From IMG/VR virus record IMGVR_UViG_640753059_000001: a DNA stretch of 64,000 nt, one strand, 5' to 3'. Made by a program: the position numbers and the translations under genes. How positions within the stretch are numbered: position 1 is the first letter of the stretch; the number at the start of each line of letters is the position of its first letter. The notes beneath the pieces were generated by a model. That model made no database searches. It had not been told where the DNA came from and saw only the letters and a program-made list of their open reading frames with translations. This stretch comes from a virus. Taxonomy: Duplodnaviria > Caudoviricetes. Of this stretch, positions 26,382 to 35,486 are shown one piece after another.

Positions 26382-28117
26382 AAACGCCCTTCCTGCTCGA
26401 CAACCGCATCACGGTCGTCCTGTTCGCCGGCATGGGCGGCGGGTGCGATGGGCTGGAGGAGGCCGGCTTCCACGTTCATGTTGCGATCAACCATGACCCG
26501 GTGGCTGTGGCGGTTCACGAGCGCCGGCACCCTCACACCAAGCATCTACGTTGTGACGTGTTCGAAGCGGACCCACGGGAGGTTTGCCGCGGGCGCGGCG
26601 TGCGCGCGCTCCACGCATCTCCCGACTGCACCCACTTTTCGGTGGCCAAGGGCAGCAAGCCCGTCTCGTCGAGGCGCCGGTCTCTCGCATGGGTGATCTG
26701 TCGGTGGGCGGGCACGGTGCGCCCTGAGACGATCACCCTGGAGAACGTGCAGGAGATCACCACCTGGTGTCCGCTGATCGCGAAGCGCGACCCCGCGACC
26801 GGCCGGGTGCTTCGGCTGGATGGCACGGTGGCGGCCAAGGGCGAGCGGGTGCCGGTGCAGGAGCAATGGCTCATCCCGGATCCGAAGCACAAGGGGCGCA
26901 TCTGGCGCGCCTGGCTGAAGCACCTGCGTGGGCTCGGCTACAGCTTTGAACACCGCGTGCTGGTCTGCGCTGACTATGGCGTGCCCACGATCCGGAAGCG
27001 GCTCTTCGGTGTCGCCCAGGCCGACGGCCGACCGATCGTCTGGCCGGCGCGCACCCACGCGCCGCGCAAGGATGCCAAGCGGCTGGGCCTGAAGCCTTGG
27101 GTCGGCGCCCACACCATCATCGACTGGTCGCTGCCGGTGAAGAGCATCTTCGACCGGGCCAAGGCCCTGGCGGATGCCAGCCACCGGCGGATCGCGCATG
27201 GCGTCGTTCGGCACGTCCTGGAGGCGGTCCAACCGTTCATCGTGCCGATTACCCACACGCAGGGCGGCAACAGCGCCCGCTCCACCTCCGAGCCTCTGTG
27301 CACCATCACCACGGCCAAGGGCGGCGAGAACATGGTGGCAGTCCCCACCCTGATCCAGAGCGGCTACGGCGAGCGGGAGGGACAGGCGCCGCGCGTCCTG
27401 GACCTGATGGAGCCTGCCGCCACGCAGGTGGGTGGCAGCAAGGCGGCGCTGGTTGCGGCGTTCCTCGCTCAACACAACGCAGGCCCCCGGCCCGGGGCTC
27501 CGGCGCGCGCTGCGATAGAGCCCGTCTCGACGATCACCACCACTGGCGCGCAGCAGTCCATCGCCGCCATCAGCCTCATGCGCCAGTTCGGGACCGGCCT
27601 TTCACGCGACGCCCGAGAGCCAGTGCCAACCATCACGGTAGAGGGGCAGACCAAGACCGGCTTGGTGGCGGCCACGCTGGGCGAGATGCGCGGGCGAAGC
27701 CGTGGTGGGCGGGACGTCCGCGAGCCGCTCGCGGCGGTCTCGGCCAAAAGCCACGCCCACCTGATCTTGCCCTTCCTTCAGCACTACTACAGTAACGGGA
27801 AGACCGATGACGACGTGCAGAGCCCGCTGGGCGCGCTCACCAGCAAGGCTCGATACGGCATCGTCGAGGTCAAGGTGCGCGGCGAGACCTTCATCATCGA
27901 CGACATCGGCACACGCATGCTGGAGCCGGAGGAGGGGGCCGCAGCCCACGGCTTCAAGCCCGGCGCCCTCCCAGACGAGGTCACCGTCGACGGCGAGACC
28001 CGCCGCCTGACGAAGACCCAGAAATATCACCTCGTCGGCAACAGCGTGCCGCCGCGAATGATCCAGTTGCTCGCCGAATGCAACGTGCGGCGTGCCTTAG
28101 CAGAGGCCGCAGAGTGA
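26378..28117 (+). CDS. DNA (cytosine-5) methyltransferase with an expanded variable region
   Basis: FAGMGG, SPDCTHFS, ENV, R.RLF, GNSV motifs. Confidence 0.92.
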   Translation: MKTPFLLDNRITVVLFAGMGGGCDGLEEAGFHVHVAINHDPVAVAVHERRHPHTKHLRCDVFEADPREVCRGRGVRALHASPDCTHFSVAKGSKPVSSRRRSLAWVICRWAGTVRPETITLENVQEITTWCPLIAKRDPATGRVLRLDGTVAAKGERVPVQEQWLIPDPKHKGRIWRAWLKHLRGLGYSFEHRVLVCADYGVPTIRKRLFGVAQADGRPIVWPARTHAPRKDAKRLGLKPWVGAHTIIDWSLPVKSIFDRAKALADASHRRIAHGVVRHVLEAVQPFIVPITHTQGGNSARSTSEPLCTITTAKGGENMVAVPTLIQSGYGEREGQAPRVLDLMEPAATQVGGSKAALVAAFLAQHNAGPRPGAPARAAIEPVSTITTTGAQQSIAAISLMRQFGTGLSRDAREPVPTITVEGQTKTGLVAATLGEMRGRSRGGRDVREPLAAVSAKSHAHLILPFLQHYYSNGKTDDDVQSPLGALTSKARYGIVEVKVRGETFIIDDIGTRMLEPEEGAAAHGFKPGALPDEVTVDGETRRLTKTQKYHLVGNSVPPRMIQLLAECNVRRALAEAAE

Positions 28118-28151
28118 TATTAAAATGGAAATTACACGATATACAATATTC

Positions 28152-28796
28152 TTAAAAAGACAGCGGGCGACGCTCAATGAACGTCGTCGCTCTGATTTTA
28201 TCGACGGGGGTGCCGCTCTCAAGGAGCCGTATTCTTTTCAAGATGCTGTCTGCAATATCAAAGTAAGGGTTAAATGCATCCGGGGGGCCGTTTCGTGCCC
28301 ACTGAGGATTTGTGTAGTATCCTGCTATTGCAACCAAATCCATTACCCAAGAGCCGACGGCATCTCCGTCCCCACCAAGAAGAGTATCGTTTTGCAGGAC
28401 TATAAGCTCTGGGGCAGATGTGCTTTCTATGAGGGAGCGGAAGCGCTCCCTTCTGGCTTCAGGGCGCCCGTCTTCCTGATCTCCGATGGCTTCGACGAGC
28501 TGTCGGAACAAGCGCCTGAGTTGAATGTCATAGTTCTTAAGACGTTCCACAGCATTTATGTTTTCGGAAGTGAGAATTTGCCTCTGCGCGGCGAGCCATG
28601 CAATGCCGCCGGCTGCTATGGTCGCCGCCGCGCCAATGATTGCTCCCCAGAACCCAAGCCAGTCGCTGCGGCCATCCGCTTTGATCCAGTTAACTGGGGT
28701 GTCCCCCGCGACAAACGCTATCGAGACGCCAAGGATACCTCCGAAAATCAAGCAGGCTGCGCCCAGCACGAGCGAGTTTCGATTCTCCGTATTCAT
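28152..28796 (-). CDS. Moron-like membrane protein
   Basis: Antisense to the operon, lower GC, two N-terminal TM segments plus a helical domain. Confidence 0.65.
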   Translation of the reverse strand: MNTENRNSLVLGAACLIFGGILGVSIAFVAGDTPVNWIKADGRSDWLGFWGAIIGAAATIAAGGIAWLAAQRQILTSENINAVERLKNYDIQLRRLFRQLVEAIGDQEDGRPEARRERFRSLIESTSAPELIVLQNDTLLGGDGDAVGSWVMDLVAIAGYYTNPQWARNGPPDAFNPYFDIADSILKRIRLLESGTPVDKIRATTFIERRPLSF

Positions 28797-28840
28797 ATCG
28801 CAACGCTGCCCGCTCTCGCTCAAGTTGTCGAGAGGGCAGC

Positions 28841-29869
28841 ATGACCGTTGATGTCCGCTGCCTACCCTATATGCCGCTGCACATCGAACGCCTGCGCCGG
28901 TCCAAGGCGTGGCTCCGATGCAAGCGCAGGCCCGAACTTGCCTTCTACCTCATGAACCTCTGGATGCGCGCCTGGCACGAGGTGCCGGCCGGCTCGATCG
29001 AGGCCGATGACGATGTGCTCGCCGACGCTGCCATGTGCTCGCCGGAGGCATGGGAGCGGATCAAGGGCGACGTGCTGCAGGGCTGGGAGGAACGCGACGG
29101 CCGTTGGCACCACCACGTCGTCACAGAACTTGCCGCAGAAGGCTTGGAGAAGGTTGAGGCGAGCCGGCGTCGCACGGAAGCGGCGCGACAGGCACGGTCA
29201 CAGCAGCGCGCCGTGTCTGCCACTTCGAATGCGACATCGTCTGTAACAGAGAATGTGACAGAGCGTGTCGCTGACGATGTAACAGGCTCCAAAGAGAAGA
29301 AGAAGGGAAGGGAAGAGGTTTCTGATGCTGCCGCATCAGACGCGGGCGAGATACAGCCGGAGGTGGAAACTACGCCCCGGTTGCAGCCTGCATCTGTCAG
29401 CATGTCGCCGTCTCCCGCGATCCGCTCTCATGCCGATGACTTCGCGCGCTTCTGGCAGGCCTACCCCCACAAGGTCGGCAAGCAAGACGCTGAGAAGGCA
29501 TTCATTTCCGTGATGAAGCGCGGCGCCGTTCCGCTCGATCAGATGCTGGCGGCGCTCGATCGCTACGTTCGCACCAAGCCGCCCGACCGGTCTTGGTGCA
29601 ACCCGGGAACGTGGCTTCGACAAGGACGATGGGACGATGAGCCAGGAACTGATCCAGCACCGAGAGGACCAATCCCGCCAGCGCCTCCGGGCTCTTCTGG
29701 ACCCTCTCACCGCCTCGCCGCCGTGGCTGATTGGGTGCGTGAAAGCACTGGGGGAGGGCCTGCGCCCGAAGATCCCGAAGGCCTTCGCTTTGACGACAGA
29801 GCAGCGGGCCACCGTGATGGAGATGTCCTCCCGCTTGGCCCAGCACCTCGCGCCCGCTTCACCGGCTGA
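28841..29869 (+). CDS. DUF1376 (YdaU-like) replication initiator
   Basis: LPYMPLHIERL..LW..AW; C-terminal FARFWQAYP.K.GK..A..NPGTWLRQGRW.DE. Confidence 0.85.
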   Translation: MTVDVRCLPYMPLHIERLRRSKAWLRCKRRPELAFYLMNLWMRAWHEVPAGSIEADDDVLADAAMCSPEAWERIKGDVLQGWEERDGRWHHHVVTELAAEGLEKVEASRRRTEAARQARSQQRAVSATSNATSSVTENVTERVADDVTGSKEKKKGREEVSDAAASDAGEIQPEVETTPRLQPASVSMSPSPAIRSHADDFARFWQAYPHKVGKQDAEKAFISVMKRGAVPLDQMLAALDRYVRTKPPDRSWCNPGTWLRQGRWDDEPGTDPAPRGPIPPAPPGSSGPSHRLAAVADWVRESTGGGPAPEDPEGLRFDDRAAGHRDGDVLPLGPAPRARFTG

Positions 29870-30233
29870 CATCGGTGCCGCGCTGGCTCTCCTGCAGTGC
29901 GCCTTCCCTGCTGCCCCGATGGACGCTGTCACGGCCAAGGCGAACGTTCGGGCATATGCACTGGCACTCGAGGGCATTCCTGCGTTTGCCTTGGACGAAG
30001 CGGCTCGGCGGATTCTGAGGGGCGAGGCTGGGCTGAAGCACGCCTTCATGCCGACCCCGCCGCAATTGCGGGATATCGCCAATGAGGCTTCCCGTCCGGC
30101 GCGCTGGCACGCGGTGCAACTGCGGCGGCTCCTTGATGCAGAGGTAGAGCGAGAGATCTCCGAGGAGGAGCGCGCCAGGGTGGCGGAACGGTTCCGCGCG
30201 ATCGTCTGGCCGGAAGCGGAGGAGCGCCGGTGA
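29817..30233 (+). CDS. Putative helicase loader / replication accessory protein
   Basis: Y..AL.G.P..A..EA..R...FMPTPPQLR; follows the initiator; start uncertain. Confidence 0.6.
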   Translation: MEMSSRLAQHLAPASPADIGAALALLQCAFPAAPMDAVTAKANVRAYALALEGIPAFALDEAARRILRGEAGLKHAFMPTPPQLRDIANEASRPARWHAVQLRRLLDAEVEREISEEERARVAERFRAIVWPEAEERR

Positions 30234-30520
30234 CTGGCAGCATTTTCGAGCGCTTCGGCTGGCACGTCGACGCTGATGGGATCATCCGCCACGACGATCG
30301 GCCGTGCTCCTGGGAGCGCGGTGACGAACTGGCCGGCCGGCACCTGGATCGGAGGCGGTCCTATGCCGTCATCGAGGGAGCAATCTGCGAACTCGCATCT
30401 TGGTCGTATGCCTGCAGCGGTTGCTACGAGGGAATGTACGGCCACACCGAGCGTGGATGCGGCTGTTCCGAATGCGGGTTCACCGGCCGGCGGCGCAACC
30501 GCGAGTTCGTGCCGGTCTGA
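30230..30520 (+). CDS. Small Cys-rich protein
   Basis: CSGC...GCSECGFTG; GTGA coupling. Confidence 0.6.
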   Translation: MTGSIFERFGWHVDADGIIRHDDRPCSWERGDELAGRHLDRRRSYAVIEGAICELASWSYACSGCYEGMYGHTERGCGCSECGFTGRRRNREFVPV

Positions 30521-30585
30521 ACCACCACGCGCCGAGGCCAGCGACACCCCGGCGGCATCCACACCACACGACCAATGGGGCTCCA

Positions 30586-31242
30586 ATGGCAGGGCGTAAG
30601 CGTAAGGCAGGGCGGCGGACGGCGGACGGTCGGTTAGCGAAGAAGCCGCGCCCGCAGCGCGTCAGGGACATCACCGACGTGGCAACCAGCCAGCCGCACC
30701 GCAGCTGGCTCAAGGAAGGCCAGCGCCGCGATCAGCGCGCCGAGAGCACCCTTGGCAGGATGTTCCTCGCCGACCTGATCACGGAGCCCGAGTGCTGGGC
30801 GGGTGAGCGGCTCCGCTCCATCATCCGGGAATTCCATGTCGTGATCGCCGCACCGATCACAGCGTCAACGGCGGCAATCATGGTCGCCGAGGGGATGGAG
30901 ATCCCGGCCGAGGCCGACCACCTGGCGGCGGAGCGCCCGGAAACCGAGGAAGAGAAACGGGATCGGGTTCTCGCGCAGCACGCTGGCGCCATGGCGGTCC
31001 TCGATCGGCTCGAATGGGGGCGGCAAATCACCAGTGAACTGGACGCCCTGCTTATGCGGGACGCCGAGCCCGAGCACCTCCGCCTGGTGAAGGCGGGCCT
31101 GCACGCCCTCGCCGCCTTCTGGCGCATGGCCGAGCCTCCGGAAAACCCCAACGATCGCGAGGTCAAGGTGAAGGGGGTCCGCTATGGCGAGGAGGCCGAA
31201 TGGCCTCACGAAGAGAAGGTGGTGAGCATCGTCTATAAGTAA
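30586..31242 (+). CDS. Putative late-gene regulator (DUF6456-like)
   Basis: MAGRKRK.G.R..GRL N-terminus, LG.M..I...AG, L..GL.ALA.FW; last gene before packaging. Confidence 0.6.
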   Translation: MAGRKRKAGRRTADGRLAKKPRPQRVRDITDVATSQPHRSWLKEGQRRDQRAESTLGRMFLADLITEPECWAGERLRSIIREFHVVIAAPITASTAAIMVAEGMEIPAEADHLAAERPETEEEKRDRVLAQHAGAMAVLDRLEWGRQITSELDALLMRDAEPEHLRLVKAGLHALAAFWRMAEPPENPNDREVKVKGVRYGEEAEWPHEEKVVSIVYK

Positions 31243-31335
31243 AATTTCGGCTCCCTGCGCCATAGGCGCAAATCAGCCATGGTGTGCCCGAAATGCAGGG
31301 TGAAGTGTTGCGCCCTGATTTGGCATAGCAGTTTA

Positions 31336-32150
31336 CGGCTCCGGCCCCTTCGGGCAAGTCGTTCCAAGTCCTACCGGCCGGATACGTCGGACTTGGTAGA
31401 AGCGGGGATCGGTCACAAACGCGTAGCTTGCCGGGGGCGAACAGAAGCCCCGTAGAAATTCCCGGCACCCATTCGCGCTTCGGCGCGCAACCAGGTGCGG
31501 ACCGACCAGCAGGCCTCCGGGCGCAAAGGCGGCGAGCACGGCGCTAAAGGCAAGCATCTGGCCCGCGCCGGCTGAGAGGCCGGCAACTGTGATCCCTGAG
31601 CGAAAGCTCGTGTTGAAGCAAGGCGCGCGATAGTGCCGAGTGGAGCGGGTGAGTAGGTGGCGCGGCACGGCCCCGCGATGGACCGCCGGGAAGCTACGGC
31701 GACAGGGTGAGGACGGCGCAAGCCGGTGGCCCAGGCCTTTGCCTCTCCCAAGTTTCGCGCTTCGGCGCGCACGAGTTCGACGCGGCAGCTTGTTGCTGTG
31801 AAGGTTGGGGCGGCCCGGCCGTCCCGCGTCGATCAGCTTCGAGAGGGCAAGCCAGCTCGCGCCTTGTGTGCCCCGGTAGGAAACGGCTTCCGTTCGAAGG
31901 GGAAAGCAACGATTGCCCAGCGGTGCGTAGGCGTTCGGCAAGCCGGCGCTTTGGCATTCGCTCTAGGGACCGCACAACGCGGGGATGGCGCCCCGCCCGC
32001 AGGGCGGCTGGGGTCGCGCCCGGCCTCTCACGAAAGCAACTCTCCGCCACGGCAGGCTTGAAGTCCGTGGCACGTCCACTGCCGCGGGGCTAGCCTCCGG
32101 GGCCCGTGTTCATCATCCGCCCGCCCGGTTCTGCCGAGGCGGGTTTTTCA
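31336..32150 (+). ncRNA. Candidate large structured RNA or RNA array
   Basis: No credible ORF; multiple UUCG/GNRA-capped stems, a duplicated 18-mer hairpin and a terminator at the end. Confidence 0.6.
32120..32150 (+). terminator. Intrinsic terminator upstream of terS
   Basis: CCCGCC...GGCGGG followed by TTTTT. Confidence 0.7.
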
Positions 32151-32186
32151 TTGGGCGAGTGAGCCCTTATTGAGGCGGGCTCAGGC

Positions 32187-32804
32187 GTGACCGAGAAGCG
32201 AAAGACGGATTGGGAGGCGATCGAGCGCGAATACCGCGCGGGCCAGCATTCCATCCGCGAAATTGCCAAGAAACACGGCGTCAGCGATACCGCCATTCGC
32301 AAGGAGGCCAAGGCCAAGGGCTGGGAACGGGCCCTTGCCGATCAGGTCCGCAAGGCAGTTCGCGAGAAGCTGGTTCGCAGTGATGGTTCGCAGTCAGGTT
32401 CGCACCCTCAACGTGCGAACGACCGGGAGATCATCGAAGGGGCTTCGCTCCTCGGTTTCGAGGTCGTCCAGTCGCACCGGCGCGATATCTCGCAGCTCAC
32501 CGCCATCTCCAACATCCTCGCCACGAGGCTCGCAGCGGTCCTGAACAGCGACCCTGTGGAAGGCCGTTGCCTTGGTGACAAGGAAAGCCCCGGCGACCTT
32601 CTGGAGAAGCTGACGCGGGTTCGTGCGCGGCTGATCCCCCTGGAGCGGCAGGCCTACAACCTTGACGCCGAGGAGCGCGACCCCAGCGACCCTGATAGCC
32701 ATGACGGTTCCGCAATCGACCTTCTCGCTCGCCGCCTCGATCGCATCGCTTCCCGTAGCGGAGAGGGCCCGGGTTCTGGCGGGACTGACGAAGAAGCAGG
32801 CTGA
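32187..32804 (+). CDS. terS: Terminase small subunit
   Basis: DWEAIEREYRAG..SIREIAKKHGVSDTAIRK HTH; upstream of terL. Confidence 0.8.
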   Translation: MTEKRKTDWEAIEREYRAGQHSIREIAKKHGVSDTAIRKEAKAKGWERALADQVRKAVREKLVRSDGSQSGSHPQRANDREIIEGASLLGFEVVQSHRRDISQLTAISNILATRLAAVLNSDPVEGRCLGDKESPGDLLEKLTRVRARLIPLERQAYNLDAEERDPSDPDSHDGSAIDLLARRLDRIASRSGEGPGSGGTDEEAG

Positions 32805-34041
32805 ACAGCTCCTTTGGGACTGGAAGTTCTGGGCACGGCCCAATCAGCTGCCGCCGCCAGGGGACTGGCTCACGTGGCTCATCCTCGCTGGGCGGGGATA
32901 TGGCAAGACCCGCACTGGGGCCGAGTGGGTTCGCTCCGTCGTTTGCGGGGCAACACCGCTATCGCGGGGCATCCTGGGGCGGATTGCCCTTGTGGCCGAG
33001 ACCGCTGCCGATGCCCGCGACGTGATGGTCGAAGGCGAGAGCGGCATTCTCTCGGTGCATCCGAAAGCCTTCAGGCCGCTCTATGAGCCGTCGAAGCGGC
33101 GTCTGACTTGGCCGAATGGCGCCGTGGCGACGCTCTACAATGCGGTTGAGCCTGATCAGCTTCGTGGGCCGCAGCACGATGGCGCCTGGTGCGACGAGCT
33201 TGCGAAATGGCGTTACGCGGGCGAGACGTGGGATCAGCTGCAGTTCGGTCTGCGCCTCGGCGACAAGCCCCGCCAAGTGGTGACGACGACGCCCCGGCCG
33301 ATCCCGGTGCTGAAGCAGATCATCGCGGCTGGAACGAGCCGGGTCACGCGCGGATCGACCCATGAAAACCGGGCGAACCTCGCCTCCACCTTCCTCGCGG
33401 AAGTGGTGAAAAAATACGAGGGCACCAGACTCGGAAGGCAGGAACTGAACGCCGAGATCCTCGACGATGTGCCTGGCGCGCTTTGGACGCGGGACATGCT
33501 GGATATGTCGAGGGTCGGGTTTCCTCCCGATCTGGTCCGGGTCGTCGTCGCCGTTGACCCATCTGGCACCAAGGGCGCCGAGGACGACGGCGACGCCATC
33601 GGAATCGTCGCCGCTGGCTGCGGGGTGGATGGACGGGCCTACTTGCTTGAAGACGCGAGTTGCAAGCTGCCGCCTGCCGGCTGGGGCCGCCGAGCCATCG
33701 AAGTTTTCAAGAGATGGGACGCCGATCGTCTGATCGCCGAGCGCAATTTCGGCGGCGCCATGGTGGAGCACGTCATCAGGTCCATCGACCCCGACGTCTC
33801 GTTTCGAGAAGTGACCGCGAGCCGCGGGAAGGTGGCGCGCGCGGAGCCGATCGCCGCTCTTTACGAGCAGAAGAAGGTGTCCCACGTCGGGTCGTTCCCT
33901 GATCTGGAAGACCAGATGTGCTCGTTCACCCCGAGTGGATACATCGGCGCGGGTTCGCCGGATCGAGCTGATGCGGCGGTGTGGGCGCTCACCGAATTGA
34001 TGCTCGGGCCGTCCCCCTTCACCTGGTTCGTCGGAAACTGA
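32701..34041 (+). CDS. terL: Terminase large subunit
   Basis: AGRGYGKT Walker A, WCDE Walker B, TTTP, VAVDP and DRADA nuclease motifs. Confidence 0.95.
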   Translation: MTVPQSTFSLAASIASLPVAERARVLAGLTKKQAEQLLWDWKFWARPNQLPPPGDWLTWLILAGRGYGKTRTGAEWVRSVVCGATPLSRGILGRIALVAETAADARDVMVEGESGILSVHPKAFRPLYEPSKRRLTWPNGAVATLYNAVEPDQLRGPQHDGAWCDELAKWRYAGETWDQLQFGLRLGDKPRQVVTTTPRPIPVLKQIIAAGTSRVTRGSTHENRANLASTFLAEVVKKYEGTRLGRQELNAEILDDVPGALWTRDMLDMSRVGFPPDLVRVVVAVDPSGTKGAEDDGDAIGIVAAGCGVDGRAYLLEDASCKLPPAGWGRRAIEVFKRWDADRLIAERNFGGAMVEHVIRSIDPDVSFREVTASRGKVARAEPIAALYEQKKVSHVGSFPDLEDQMCSFTPSGYIGAGSPDRADAAVWALTELMLGPSPFTWFVGN

Positions 34042-34052
34042 AGGGCCACTAC

Positions 34053-35486
34053 ATGGCATCCTGGTGGCCCTTCGGCCGGCGTTCGCAAACCAAGGCGAGC
34101 GCCGCCGGCTCGGTGATTTCGGCGTGGAATGTCGGCCAGCCCGTCTGGACTGATCGCCGCTACGACCGGATCGCCGATGAGGCCTATGTCAGGAACGCGG
34201 TCGCGCACCGCTGCGTGAAGATGATCGCCTCCGCCGCCGCGACGATCCCCTGGCTCCTGGCGGACACCAAGGGGCGGGAGGTGGAGGAAAGCCCCCTTCT
34301 CGACCTGCTCAGGCGCCCGGCGCCCGGCATCGGCGGGCATTCGCTGTTCGAGGCGTTCTACGCCTACCTGCTGCTCGCCGGGAACACCTACCTCGAGGCG
34401 GTCGCTCCCGCCGACGGCAAACCGCCGCGCGAGCTTTGGACGCTCCGCCCTGATCGGACACGGGTGATCCCCGGCGCCTATGGCCGCCCGGAGGCCTACG
34501 AATACGAGGCCAACGGCCAGAAGATGACGTGGCAGGTGGACCCGCTGACCGGAGAGGGCCCGATCCTGCATCTGAAGGAGTTCCACCCGATCAACGACTG
34601 GTATGGCCTGTCGCGGGTGGACCCGGCCGCCTATGCGGTGGACCGCCATAACGCCGCGAGCGCCCACAACATGGCGCTCCTGCAGAACGGCGCCCGGCCG
34701 AGCGGTGCGCTGATCTTCAAGCCGGTGGTGGTGAACGGCTCGGCACAGTCCGCGCCCAAGGAGGCGGTGGAGGCGGCCGAGGCGAGGCTGAAGGAGCGAC
34801 ATGGCGGCTTCGAGAACGCCGGCCGGCCCATGGTGCTGGGCGGGAACGTAGACTGGCAGGAAATGGGGATCACGCCCAAGGACATGGACTTCGGCGCCGG
34901 CAAGGACGATGCGGCGCGGGACATCTGCACCGCCTTTGGGGTGCCCCACATCCTGATCGTGCCGGGGGCGAGCACCTACAACAACGTCCGCGAGGCAACT
35001 TTGGGCCTCTACGAGGACACGGTCCTGCCCCTGGTGGACAAGGCCGTGGACGCGCTCGATGCCTGGCTCACCCCGCGGTTCGACGACCGCCTGCGTCTCG
35101 GCGTGGACCTCGACGAGGTGCCGGCGCTGGAGCCTCGGCGAGAGTCGAAGCGGAAGGCGACAATCGAACTGTTTGAGAAGCGCCTCATCACCCGCGACGA
35201 GGCGCGGGACGCGCTGCAATACGAGCCGCTCCCAGACGCCACGCAGTTCGACCCCGACGCGCAAGTGCTCTCTGCCCTCGTTGACGCCTACACGAAGGAC
35301 GCGCTGCCGATCGAGATGCTCTGGCGCTATGCCAGATCCATCGGCCTGAGCGTCCAGACGGACGAGGAGCTTCTCGCCGCCCTCACGGCTGAGCGCGATC
35401 TGCGCGCCGCCGAGGAAGCCGGCGCGTCCTTGGGCGACACCGGGCAACCGGCGGCCGATACCCAGGCCGATCCGGCCGCTCCCTGA
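34053..35486 (+). CDS. HK97-family portal protein with a C-terminal extension
   Basis: LLAGNTY, ILHLK..YGLS, NGARPSG, ICTAFGVP, TYNN. Confidence 0.93.
   Translation: MASWWPFGRRSQTKASAAGSVISAWNVGQPVWTDRRYDRIADEAYVRNAVAHRCVKMIASAAATIPWLLADTKGREVEESPLLDLLRRPAPGIGGHSLFEAFYAYLLLAGNTYLEAVAPADGKPPRELWTLRPDRTRVIPGAYGRPEAYEYEANGQKMTWQVDPLTGEGPILHLKEFHPINDWYGLSRVDPAAYAVDRHNAASAHNMALLQNGARPSGALIFKPVVVNGSAQSAPKEAVEAAEARLKERHGGFENAGRPMVLGGNVDWQEMGITPKDMDFGAGKDDAARDICTAFGVPHILIVPGASTYNNVREATLGLYEDTVLPLVDKAVDALDAWLTPRFDDRLRLGVDLDEVPALEPRRESKRKATIELFEKRLITRDEARDALQYEPLPDATQFDPDAQVLSALVDAYTKDALPIEMLWRYARSIGLSVQTDEELLAALTAERDLRAAEEAGASLGDTGQPAADTQADPAAP

Noticed and set aside
28125-28844. 239-aa plus-strand ORF
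   Set aside because: Antisense to the more protein-like TM gene; no motifs.
31336-32100. Canonical tRNA genes
   Set aside because: CCA-like ends are present, but I could not build a cloverleaf with D and T-loop consensus by eye; needs tRNAscan-SE.
31333-32173. Several 60-200 aa ORFs in the putative RNA region
   Set aside because: They overlap each other on both strands, are Arg/Pro/Ala-rich, and lack RBS or motifs.
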